Shown here one piece after another: positions 38,419-46,845 of a stretch of DNA of 64,000 nucleotides. This DNA is from Bradymonadales bacterium. Lineage in GTDB: Bacteria > Bdellovibrionota > UBA2394. The stretch's first letter is position 1, and each line of letters begins with the position of its first letter. The stretch lies in NCBI GenBank assembly GCA_007693605.1, contig REDG01000035.1:1-64000 (forward strand), read 5' to 3'. Below the pieces are notes generated by a model. The model ran no database searches. It saw only the letters and a list, made by a program, of their open reading frames with translations, and was not told the origin of the DNA. The translations under genes and the position numbers were made by a program.

Positions 38419-39522
38419 ATGTCTGATTTTTCATGGTCGCCGGAGTGGATTTTTGGCCTGACGCTCATTTTGTTGATGCTCTATGGTCTGGGGCTTGTCT
38501 ACAGAAAGTGGAAGTATGGAAACATCGACCGCTTTACGAGTCGCAAGAAGAAGGCCCCAGTCTCAGAGGATTCAGAGCTGGAGCGTTCGGATTCTGAATC
38601 GAGAGCCGGTGTTCGTCCGCCCTCTGCCGATCAGGAGCTGAAGCCCACAAAAAAGAGACTTCGACTGTCCAAAGCCATTGCGGATTGGTTTCCACTTCTT
38701 CAGAAGGACTCTAAAGACCCCAAAGAGTGGGAGCGAGTGATGATTTCTTCTGATCTTGGACCAAAACTGACGAAAGACTTGATTGCTGAGCTTCAAGGCC
38801 TTGAGGAAGAGCCTAAGGTTTTCTTGAAAAGACGATTGAAGGCTTGGCTTGATATCGAGACCCCCAAAAGGCCCGAAGACTCTTCGAGTCGTCCCTGGAC
38901 GGTCTTTGTGATCGGCGTGAATGGAGCGGGCAAGACGACCAGCATCGTAAAGTTAGCTCATTTCTATCGAAATCAGGGAAAATCGGTGGCAGTAATCGCC
39001 GCCGACACCTTTCGAAAGGCGGCGGTAGAGCAGCTTCAACGAGCCTGCGATCGTCATCAGATACCATGCTTTCAGGTGGTTCGAGAAGGAAGCACCGAGG
39101 GGGCCGATCCGGCCTCCGTTGTTTTCGACGGCCTAAAAAAGTTTCGAGAAGTCGATATCGTGTTGGTCGATACCAGCGGGCGGCTTCATAATAAAAAGAA
39201 CCTGATGGAAGAGTTAAAAAAGATGCAGAGGGTCGCCGAAAAGGCCTTGAACTCACCGCCTCAAGAGAAGCTTTTGGTGATTGATGCCTCTTTGGGGCAG
39301 AACGCGGTGCAGCAAGCTGAAAGTTTTCATGAAGCGGTGGGGGTCACGGGGATCATGTTGACCAAGCTAGATGGTTTGAGTCGGGGCGGCAGTGTTTTTC
39401 AGATGGTTCAGAGTCTGAGAATTCCCGTTCGATTTCTCGGAACCGGGGAGTCGGTTGAAGATCTGAGGGAATTTCGGGCAGATGAATTTGTCGATGAAAT
39501 GTTTGACCAGACTGGCACTTAA
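38419..39522 (+). CDS. ftsY: SRP receptor FtsY with N-terminal TM helix
   Basis: GVNGAGKTT, DTFRKAA, DTSGR, TKLDG; follows smc. Confidence 0.95.
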   Translation: MSDFSWSPEWIFGLTLILLMLYGLGLVYRKWKYGNIDRFTSRKKKAPVSEDSELERSDSESRAGVRPPSADQELKPTKKRLRLSKAIADWFPLLQKDSKDPKEWERVMISSDLGPKLTKDLIAELQGLEEEPKVFLKRRLKAWLDIETPKRPEDSSSRPWTVFVIGVNGAGKTTSIVKLAHFYRNQGKSVAVIAADTFRKAAVEQLQRACDRHQIPCFQVVREGSTEGADPASVVFDGLKKFREVDIVLVDTSGRLHNKKNLMEELKKMQRVAEKALNSPPQEKLLVIDASLGQNAVQQAESFHEAVGVTGIMLTKLDGLSRGGSVFQMVQSLRIPVRFLGTGESVEDLREFRADEFVDEMFDQTGT

Positions 39523-39581
39523 TACTAAGGCTTGAAACCAGTTTGTCGTAATCAAGGAACTACCAGAGGAGATAGAGAGAA

Positions 39582-39758
39582 ATGTCAGATAGCTTAATTA
39601 TTCAATCGAAGATACGGGATGTATTTAAAGAGGCGGGATGCAACACAGGAAGTGATGCGATTGATTCCCTTAATCAAGAGGTGGCTCGAATTGTGAAGCG
39701 CGCAGTCGAGAGAACAAAGGAGAACGGTCGAAAAACCGTAAAATCTTCAGATATTTAG
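39582..39758 (+). CDS. Bacterial histone-fold protein, Bd0055-like (58 aa; absent from ORF track)
   Basis: MSDSLIIQSKIRDVFKEAGCNTGSDAIDSLNQEVARIVKRAVERTKENGRKTVKSSDI; AGGAG RBS; RKTV-x3-D histone-fold motif; terminator downstream. Confidence 0.88.
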   Translation: MSDSLIIQSKIRDVFKEAGCNTGSDAIDSLNQEVARIVKRAVERTKENGRKTVKSSDI

Positions 39759-39792
39759 CCCATTTTCGCTAAATTTTTCCGAAAACGAGTAT

Positions 39793-39824
39793 AAAAAAAG
39801 GGCCTCCCAAAGGAGGCCCTTTTT
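39793..39824. terminator. Bidirectional intrinsic terminator
   Basis: A7-GGGCCTCC-CAAA-GGAGGCCC-T5 between convergent genes. Confidence 0.9.
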
Positions 39825-39843
39825 GCAAACCCAAGAAGAGAGC

Positions 39844-39966
39844 TTACTTTCTCTTTTTCTTAGTAGCTTTTCGCTTGGTTGCTTTTCGCTTAGAAGCTTT
39901 TCGCTTCGTTGCTTTCTTCTTAGTAGCTTTTTTCTTAGTAGCTTTTCTTTTTCTTCTAGCGGCCAT
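39844..39966 (-). CDS. Small highly basic histone H1-tail/protamine-like protein (40 aa; absent from ORF track)
   Basis: MAARRKRKATKKKATKKKATKRKASKRKATKRKATKKKRK; AAGGAGA RBS; DNA repeats vary mostly synonymously; ends near the terminator. Confidence 0.82.
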   Translation of the reverse strand: MAARRKRKATKKKATKKKATKRKASKRKATKRKATKKKRK

Positions 39967-39987
39967 GTTTTCTCCTTCGTCGATTTT

Positions 39988-40047
39988 GAATTAGGTCAGG
40001 GGCTTTGTCCTCAAGTAACGAAGAGGATAAATCCACTGATCCAATTC
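39988..40047. other. Long imperfect hairpin upstream of the basic-protein gene
   Basis: GAATTAGGTCAGGGGCTTTGTCCTC / GAGGATAAATCCACTGATCCAATTC, about 25-bp imperfect stem. Confidence 0.55.
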
Positions 40048-40102
40048 TGTTTATCAAGAATCGAAAAACAACAACAGCGTTTTTCTGCTCTTGACACTTA
40101 CT

Positions 40103-40133
40103 AACATTTTAAAATGTTTTTCTTTTGTTGCAA
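40103..40133 (-). promoter_or_regulatory. Candidate promoter of the basic-protein gene with an overlapping palindrome
   Basis: Minus strand TTGCAA-16-TAAAAT in AT-rich DNA; perfect palindrome AACATTTTAAAATGTT at 40103-40118. Confidence 0.4.
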
Positions 40134-40231
40134 TACCTATTTCTTAATTCTCTGCGAATTTTGCAAAAAAATTGCCTCAAAGTTTCAATTCGGACATGAA
40201 ACAAAGTCTATTGAGTACATTCTCGTGCAGC

Positions 40232-41143
40232 TTATCGGATTTCGATTCTTCGATCGGGATTGTTTCGACTAGTTCGGCGAGCTTTTGGCTTGGGCAAGCT
40301 TCTCATGACTTCGATCGATTGCTGAAAGTTTCGAGGCAGTTGCCGCATGTTTGCCGGAGTTGGGGAAAAGTAAATGCTCTCACCGCTCTCTAGTGTGAGT
40401 TCGATGTATTGATCGGTAGTTTGAGAGATCGAACGAACCTCTTGAGGTCGAAACCGCTGTCCGGCCACTTCATACTCCTGTTGAATCTGCGCTCTTTTGC
40501 CCTCTTGGATTTCTTTTGACACATATTGAACGCCCAAAAAGAGGTTGAGAACGAGTAGAGCGACCAAGGCGCCAAACTTCTGAAATCGCTCCCGTCGGCT
40601 CTGGGCCTGCTCCCACTTCAACAGGCGGATCTCCTCTAAGCGATCGATGCTGGCCTGTTTCGTCTTGGCTTGAACCGCGACGCCAGACGGCAGTGCCGAG
40701 CGAACAAAAGACTCTAAGCGCGACCGAATGTCTTGAGTGAGGTTCACAAACTCTACCCCAAGTCCATTAGGAGCGACCCGACACACCCGAGCCTTCAGTT
40801 GAAAGTCAAAGCTTTCTCCATTTGCCGGATTCGGAACGCTGAAATGAATGCCGATGAGTTCGCCCACCCGCCTCTTCTCGTCAGTTTTGACAAAAAGGCC
40901 CCCTAAAGAGATGTTCTCAATATAGTGCTTGGCGAATTGTGCATCGTGCGAAAAACGAAGGCTAATCTCGTTCTTTCTAAGCCCGGCCCGTGAAAAGCTT
41001 CTTCGCTCGTCCGGACTGGGATGTTCAGGCTGTGTGTCTGAATCTAAAGACTGCGCCTTCGAATCTGCTTCAGCCGTTGATGGCTCTGACTTGTCGGTCC
41101 CTTCCGTATCGAAGAGGCTTTCAATTCGGTCTTTAAAATCCAT
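40232..41143 (-). CDS. PilZ-domain membrane protein
   Basis: RRSFSR (RxxxR) and ENISLGG (NxSxGG), GLGVEF; one TM then a soluble domain. Confidence 0.8.
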   Translation of the reverse strand: MDFKDRIESLFDTEGTDKSEPSTAEADSKAQSLDSDTQPEHPSPDERRSFSRAGLRKNEISLRFSHDAQFAKHYIENISLGGLFVKTDEKRRVGELIGIHFSVPNPANGESFDFQLKARVCRVAPNGLGVEFVNLTQDIRSRLESFVRSALPSGVAVQAKTKQASIDRLEEIRLLKWEQAQSRRERFQKFGALVALLVLNLFLGVQYVSKEIQEGKRAQIQQEYEVAGQRFRPQEVRSISQTTDQYIELTLESGESIYFSPTPANMRQLPRNFQQSIEVMRSLPKPKARRTSRNNPDRRIEIR

Positions 41144-41302
41144 GAAATCCCCGCACTCCAAACTTCAGTTTACCAAATTCCCTGAATTTTCGGGCCTCTA
41201 GCTCAAATGAGAATGATCTGGCCCCCTGAATCCGAAAGAGCGGAACTAAGTGACTAAAATCACTGCTTTTCTAAAGGGCTCTCCTCAAGATAAAAGAGAA
41301 GG

Positions 41303-41992
41303 ATGTTGAAGAGATTTTGGATTTGGATGCCCCTTTTATTATGTTTCTCCATCGGTTCAGCCGAGGCCTTCTCTGGATCGGTGGGATTTCATGTGAACCA
41401 AAGGGCATTCAATGATGAACGATTTGGGTCTATGAATGGCTTTTCTGATTTTAAGCCTGAGTTTGAGCTGAGGTTTGGGCTTCACGAGTTTTATCCTCGC
41501 ATTGAACCCTTGCTTTCGGTGGCCTATCAGAAGAATTCGGCCACGGCCTGTGCAGTCGAGGCAGACGGCTTTACCTGTCTCCCGGCCGACCAGCAGGTCG
41601 GAAATCAAGATCGTTTTGAGTACAAGATTCTTAGTTTGGGAACTGGGGCTCAGTGGAAGGCCTGGGAGCCTGATTATTTTCCGATCATCCCGACCAGCTT
41701 TGTTCAGGTGGTCTATCGTCGAGTGTGGATTGAAAAGGTGGGGGCGGCAGCCGATGAGCTTGGCAAGGCCAAAGGAGGTGACTTGGGTTTTGACTTCGGC
41801 GGAGGTGTGCTCATTTCTTTTATGTATGACCAGCGGCGAAAGTCAGAGATGTCTTCAGAGTGGGGAGTCAAAGATTTTGGTTTGCAGATTCAGGCCCGCT
41901 ATATTCTGGCCGGTCTTTTGAAATCCGGCATGGCGGGCGTCACAGGCACCGGCGGCTGGAGCTTGGGTGTCGGACTTTTGGTCGATTGGTGA
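41303..41992 (+). CDS. Outer-membrane beta-barrel protein
   Basis: Signal peptide, amphipathic strands, C-terminal GLLVDW. Confidence 0.7.
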   Translation: MLKRFWIWMPLLLCFSIGSAEAFSGSVGFHVNQRAFNDERFGSMNGFSDFKPEFELRFGLHEFYPRIEPLLSVAYQKNSATACAVEADGFTCLPADQQVGNQDRFEYKILSLGTGAQWKAWEPDYFPIIPTSFVQVVYRRVWIEKVGAAADELGKAKGGDLGFDFGGGVLISFMYDQRRKSEMSSEWGVKDFGLQIQARYILAGLLKSGMAGVTGTGGWSLGVGLLVDW

Positions 41993-42843
41993 CTTCCGGT
42001 GCTGCCGACGATCAGCTCCTTTTGAGAGTGGCTTATGACGGCCGTCTCTTCTCTGGCTTTCAAAGGCAGAGGTCATGCGAGAGCGTTCAAGAGTTTGTTG
42101 AAAAGAAACTCCAGAAAGCCTTGGGTTGGAACTCTCATATTCAGTTTGCTTCGAGAACAGATGCAGGAGTGCATGCCCTAGATCAATGCATCATTTTACC
42201 CGCTTCAAAATCTTGGTTTTTAAAAAAGCATTCCAAAAAGCTGTCTCGCCTACGCCTGTATTTGAACTCCCACTTTGAGCGCAAAGTGGTGGTTTGGCAG
42301 GCGGCATGGTTATCCGCCAATTTTTCATTCAAAAAAGATGTCTTGTGGAAGACCTACCGCTACTTGATCTACAATTCCAGAGTTCCTCTTGTCATGGATT
42401 CGGATCTTTATCTCTGGATCAAAAAGCCGCTGGACTGGGAGGCCATGAAGAGAGAGGCCAATCACTTTTTGGGGGAGCACGACTTTGCCGCCTTCGCGAA
42501 ATCCTCTGGTCGAGAGGCTGCGAGCAAAGCTTCAGGCACCACTCGAAAGATTTTGTCGATGAGGATGAAAAGAAGTCCTCATCCCTCTTGGAGCGACAGC
42601 CAGTTCATTGAGATCGATGTAAGGGGAAAAGGCTTTCTTCACCATATGGTGAGAAATATGGTGGGAAGCCTGGTGGATATTGGGATGGGAAAGCCGCTTG
42701 ATGTTTTGGAACTGCTGCGAGGCCGCATTCGAGATCGAGCCGGCAGAGCTGCTCCTGCCTCGGCGCTGACTCTGCTTAGAACAAAAGTACGAGACTCTCG
42801 TCTAAAAGTTTTCGACCCAAGTCCCCAAAGTCCCAGGCTCTGA
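41989..42843 (+). CDS. truA: tRNA pseudouridine(38-40) synthase
   Basis: VAYDG, SRTDAGVHA, GEHDFAAF, FLHHMVR; GTGA overlap start at 41989. Confidence 0.93.
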   Translation: MTSGAADDQLLLRVAYDGRLFSGFQRQRSCESVQEFVEKKLQKALGWNSHIQFASRTDAGVHALDQCIILPASKSWFLKKHSKKLSRLRLYLNSHFERKVVVWQAAWLSANFSFKKDVLWKTYRYLIYNSRVPLVMDSDLYLWIKKPLDWEAMKREANHFLGEHDFAAFAKSSGREAASKASGTTRKILSMRMKRSPHPSWSDSQFIEIDVRGKGFLHHMVRNMVGSLVDIGMGKPLDVLELLRGRIRDRAGRAAPASALTLLRTKVRDSRLKVFDPSPQSPRL

Positions 42844-42872
42844 GTATAATAGGCCTTGGGGCAATCGTTATA

Positions 42873-45800
42873 ATGAAGGTTTTTCAGATGCGGGGGGAAA
42901 CCGCAGACGAAGCCAGAGAGAGGCTGTCTGCGGACCTTGGAATTGATAAGGATCAGCTAAGGTTCGTTCGAGAAAAAAACAAAGAGTTCTCGTTCGAGGC
43001 TTCTGTCTGCCCTCCCATCTTGGATATTGAAGTTTCCAAAGACAAGTTGAAGGCTAGAATTCGGCGAATTCAGTTGCCTCAAGGCGATTCTGCTCCGAAG
43101 TTAACCACCGACTTTGTGCTCGAACAGCTCAAGAAGAAGGGCATTCAGTTTGGCATCAAGACGGAAGAGATTACGGCCGCTCTCTTTAAGATCTCTTCAG
43201 ATCCGAATTTTAACGACACCAAACCACTGAGCATTCTGGTCGCAGAGGGGGAGAGCCCTTCGTCGGCCCAAGGCGGACGACCGCAATGGGTGCTCGACCT
43301 GAAAAAGTTCGAAGGCGGAAAGTTTGCCTTAGCCAATAAAGATGAAGTGGTGGCGAAAGCCCCTACGGCCGTTCCCGGTCGTGAAGGTAAAACGGTGACC
43401 GGCGAGCCGATCCCTTTTGATTTTGAAGAGTCCTTTCGATTGCCCATCGGAAAGGGAATCGGAGTTCGCCGTGTGAAAGGTCATACCGAGTACTTTACTG
43501 AATCTTTCGGCCGCGTCTTCGTAGATGACGGCACTCGAGTTCGGCTCGATGTGGATATCAAAGACCAGAAGGATGGCCTAGAGGCGGTCGTGGAATTAGT
43601 CGGGCCAAAGACATTCTCAGGCAAGAGCGTCTCAGCTCAGGACATTCTTGAAGCCGCCTCTGCACACGGAGTTTCAAAAGGGCTGCTCAGTCTTGAAGAA
43701 GTCGAGAGACAGATTCGAGCCGTCAAGAAATGGCCTGCTCGTATTGTATTGGCGAAGGGAAAAGATCCGGTTGATGGGCAGCTTGGAGATCTGAAAGTTC
43801 ATTACAAAACTCCTCACTCTGAAAAGCCCCTCGATGTTGAAAGAGCCAAGTTGGGCATTGTGTTTCCGGGAGAAATCATCGCCAGCATCCAATTTGCCCA
43901 CCCTCCTCAAGACGGGTTTACCGTCTTTGGCGAAGTTCTTCGGGGGCGGCAATGCAACGAGCAACCCATCTATCCGGGAAAGAATGTGAAGCGGGTTCGG
44001 CTAGAGACTCACGAGGAGCTTCATGCCACGGCTTACGGTCAGGTCAAGATTGTGGAGGATCGAATTCATGTTGAAAACATCGTCAGAGTTTCGCAAGACG
44101 CCATGGAGGCCACTCTAGACCTGTTTCCTCAACAGCCTCTCAGGGTTGAAGATATTCAGAATCTTCTTCGAGATAAAGATGTCCTGGCGGGTTACGAGAA
44201 AGAGGATATCGAGAAAAAGCTACAGTTGGTTGCCAACGGGCAACGCCGCGAGCCTAAGCTGGTATTGGCAAAGGCGCGCCCTGTCATTCCCGGAAAGAGC
44301 GCCAAAATCCGCTACTATTTTCGCCCATCAGAGATGAAGTCGAAGGGCATTCTCATCAAATCTCAGCCGAGAGACTATTTTGCCGCCCCCGGGGATCTTT
44401 TGTTGGTCAAATTTCTTCCCGAAGAGGCCGTTGAAGGATTCAATCTCTATCGAGAAAAGATTCCTGTGCCCGCCGAGATGAAGTCCGCCGACATTCAGAT
44501 TAAAGTGGGCGATCTGATTCGAGAAGAGTTGAGGGGGAAAGATGGAGACCCCAATGATCTGCCGCGAATAGAGTTTCGGGCCGAAAGTTTTGGGGTTGTT
44601 TCGTGGAAGAACAAAGAACTCAGCTTGAAGTCGGTGATCGAGATTCCCGAGTCTGAAGACTTTGTTCAGCTTCGCTTGCCCCAGAAGAGTGATTTTGGGC
44701 GCGCCATTAGCTTTGAACTGGTGAAGAAGGTGGCAGAAGAAGAGGGAGTGCGAGTAGAGCTAGATCGAGAGGCCATTGAGAGGTGTTTGCGGACTGCGCG
44801 AGCGAAGCCTACTGATTTGGTTCCCGTGGAAATTGCCCGCTCTCAGCCCGCCAAAAACGGGGAAAACGCCAAGATCGAGTACTTTGTGAAAATCAACGGC
44901 GAGAGTGTCGAAAAGTTTGTCAGCCGCGAACTCCCCACTCCTGAAGAGATTCTTCAGGCTGATTGTGTGAGGCCGGGCGATGTGATCGCCATTAAAACTC
45001 CGGCAGGAACCGGAGAAGACGGAAAGAGTGTTTTTGGGCGCCGCATTGTGGCCGAGCGAGGGGTGGACGAGCCGTGGATGCTTGGTCGAGGACTCGAGAG
45101 ATCGAGTGATGATCGCTCTTTGGTGGTGCAGACTCAGGCTCCTGCCTTTGTTTTTGTCGAAGACGGACGATTGGTGGCCAGGTCGACTTTAGAAATTGCT
45201 CCGGACAAAATGTCAGCATCGATGACGATCTATCCTTCTTCTAACCCCAGGTTTCAGGCCAGGGAAGAGAGGGTCATGACGATGATCCAAGCGGAGGGGA
45301 TTCAGGCGGGGCTTCAGATCGAACGAATTCGCGAGGCCATTCAGAGCTGTTTAACCGATCAAGCGCCTCAAACATTTGAGGTGGCCGTTGGGCAAGCTCC
45401 AGAAGTGGGAACCGAAACCAGCTATGAGTTAGCGGTAGACACCGACCGATCTCAGCTTCGCTCTGACGGTAGCGTGGATCACAAGGCGGCCAGCGTCTTT
45501 TTGCAGGTTCGCAAGGGGCAGCTGCTCTTGCTGAAAAGGCCCGCAACTCGAGGAGCGGACGGATTCAATATTCTTGATCAAAAAATCCCTGGCATCATGG
45601 GCAAAGACTATGAGGTGGCAGCCGGAGAGGGCGTGAAAGTCTCAGATTCTGGGCTGGAATATTATTCGACCCGAGACGGAATTCTTGAATTCACTGGAAA
45701 GCGAATTCAAGTGATTGAAGGTCTCATGGTCAACGGAGATGTGGACTACTCGACGGGGAATATTGATTCGGATCAGGCGCGAGTCATCATTCGAGGTTCC

Positions 45801-46598
45801 GTCTTGCCGGGCTTTGAGCTTCGCTCAAAATCTGATGTGAAGGTCGAGAAGGTGGCCGAGGCCTGCATCATCGAAGCGGGCGGAGAGCTTTCCGTTTCGG
45901 GGGGAATCGTGGGTAAAGACAAGGCCCATATCAGTGCCAAGAAGAAGCTGGAGTGTCTCTATATTAACAGTGGAGCGACGGTGGAATGCCATGGGGACAT
46001 TGTCTCTCGAAACGAAATACTCAATAGTCAGATTCGCTCTGGCGGAAGAGTCCTCTGTGTAGAGGGTGCAGGAGCGGTGTCTGGGGGCGAGATTTGGAGT
46101 CAAAAGGGGGTCGAAGCCAAGGTTTTTGGGGCCCAAGGCTCTGAGAGCAAAACCCATATACACCTGGGCCTCAACTTTATGGAGCTCCAAGCGGCTCTTA
46201 AACGGATCGAAGATGAGGGCTTAAAGGCCAAAGAGGAGGATCTTCGATCTGAGATGGCCGAAATGGATAAGGAGCTTAAGGAGATCTATGAAAAGATTCC
46301 CGAAGCTTCGGAGAAAAGTCCGGAAGACGCGGCTGAACTACAGGCTCAATACAAAGATCTCTACGAGAACCGTAAGCTCAAAGAAGAGAAGCTAGGAACC
46401 GTAGAACGGCAAAAGGCCGTCATTCTGAAGCATGTTCAAAAGGCTAAAGATTTCAAAGTCATCGCCAGAGAGATGATTCACCCGGGAGTCGTCTTCCATC
46501 ACGAAGGCGTCGAATGGGTGATCCGGGAGCCTATGCGAGCGGTCGAGATTTCCTGGAGTGAGGCTTCTAAGAATTTTGTCATGCGAAAAGCCCCTTGA
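42873..46598 (+). CDS. Very long DUF342/FapA-family protein with tandem N-terminal modules
   Basis: C-terminal GDVDYSTGNID...IRGSVLPGF region, GSVDHK; about five repeated V(S)xDxxxA modules; Jag_N-like start. Confidence 0.8.
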   Translation: MKVFQMRGETADEARERLSADLGIDKDQLRFVREKNKEFSFEASVCPPILDIEVSKDKLKARIRRIQLPQGDSAPKLTTDFVLEQLKKKGIQFGIKTEEITAALFKISSDPNFNDTKPLSILVAEGESPSSAQGGRPQWVLDLKKFEGGKFALANKDEVVAKAPTAVPGREGKTVTGEPIPFDFEESFRLPIGKGIGVRRVKGHTEYFTESFGRVFVDDGTRVRLDVDIKDQKDGLEAVVELVGPKTFSGKSVSAQDILEAASAHGVSKGLLSLEEVERQIRAVKKWPARIVLAKGKDPVDGQLGDLKVHYKTPHSEKPLDVERAKLGIVFPGEIIASIQFAHPPQDGFTVFGEVLRGRQCNEQPIYPGKNVKRVRLETHEELHATAYGQVKIVEDRIHVENIVRVSQDAMEATLDLFPQQPLRVEDIQNLLRDKDVLAGYEKEDIEKKLQLVANGQRREPKLVLAKARPVIPGKSAKIRYYFRPSEMKSKGILIKSQPRDYFAAPGDLLLVKFLPEEAVEGFNLYREKIPVPAEMKSADIQIKVGDLIREELRGKDGDPNDLPRIEFRAESFGVVSWKNKELSLKSVIEIPESEDFVQLRLPQKSDFGRAISFELVKKVAEEEGVRVELDREAIERCLRTARAKPTDLVPVEIARSQPAKNGENAKIEYFVKINGESVEKFVSRELPTPEEILQADCVRPGDVIAIKTPAGTGEDGKSVFGRRIVAERGVDEPWMLGRGLERSSDDRSLVVQTQAPAFVFVEDGRLVARSTLEIAPDKMSASMTIYPSSNPRFQAREERVMTMIQAEGIQAGLQIERIREAIQSCLTDQAPQTFEVAVGQAPEVGTETSYELAVDTDRSQLRSDGSVDHKAASVFLQVRKGQLLLLKRPATRGADGFNILDQKIPGIMGKDYEVAAGEGVKVSDSGLEYYSTRDGILEFTGKRIQVIEGLMVNGDVDYSTGNIDSDQARVIIRGSVLPGFELRSKSDVKVEKVAEACIIEAGGELSVSGGIVGKDKAHISAKKKLECLYINSGATVECHGDIVSRNEILNSQIRSGGRVLCVEGAGAVSGGEIWSQKGVEAKVFGAQGSESKTHIHLGLNFMELQAALKRIEDEGLKAKEEDLRSEMAEMDKELKEIYEKIPEASEKSPEDAAELQAQYKDLYENRKLKEEKLGTVERQKAVILKHVQKAKDFKVIAREMIHPGVVFHHEGVEWVIREPMRAVEISWSEASKNFVMRKAP

Positions 46599-46845
46599 AT
46601 TGCTAACGGCCCGTCTGCTTTGTGGGGGGAGAGGGCATTTTCGGGGGCTTTTCCCCCTTGACCAGTTCTTCAGCTGGTTTTACACCTGTGCTTCTATGGC
46701 AACGGAAAATTCAAAGGGGGCTCGCCGCTTTGTAGGCTGGCAAAAGACTCCTATTCAACAGGCGAGTTTCGGCTCAACCACCAAGGGGGGGCGTAGAAAG
46801 AGTTTTGAAATCAAGGGCGCTCGGGGCAGCTTGAAGCTAGAGTCG

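Noticed and set aside
39844..39950. 15-nt tandem repeats as a CRISPR array or non-coding VNTR
   Set aside because: No spacers; units differ at synonymous positions, consistent with a coding repeat
39823..40104. Plus-strand 93-aa Ser/Phe/Leu-rich ORF in the track
   Set aside because: Antisense shadow of the Lys-rich microprotein; it starts inside the terminator and has no RBS
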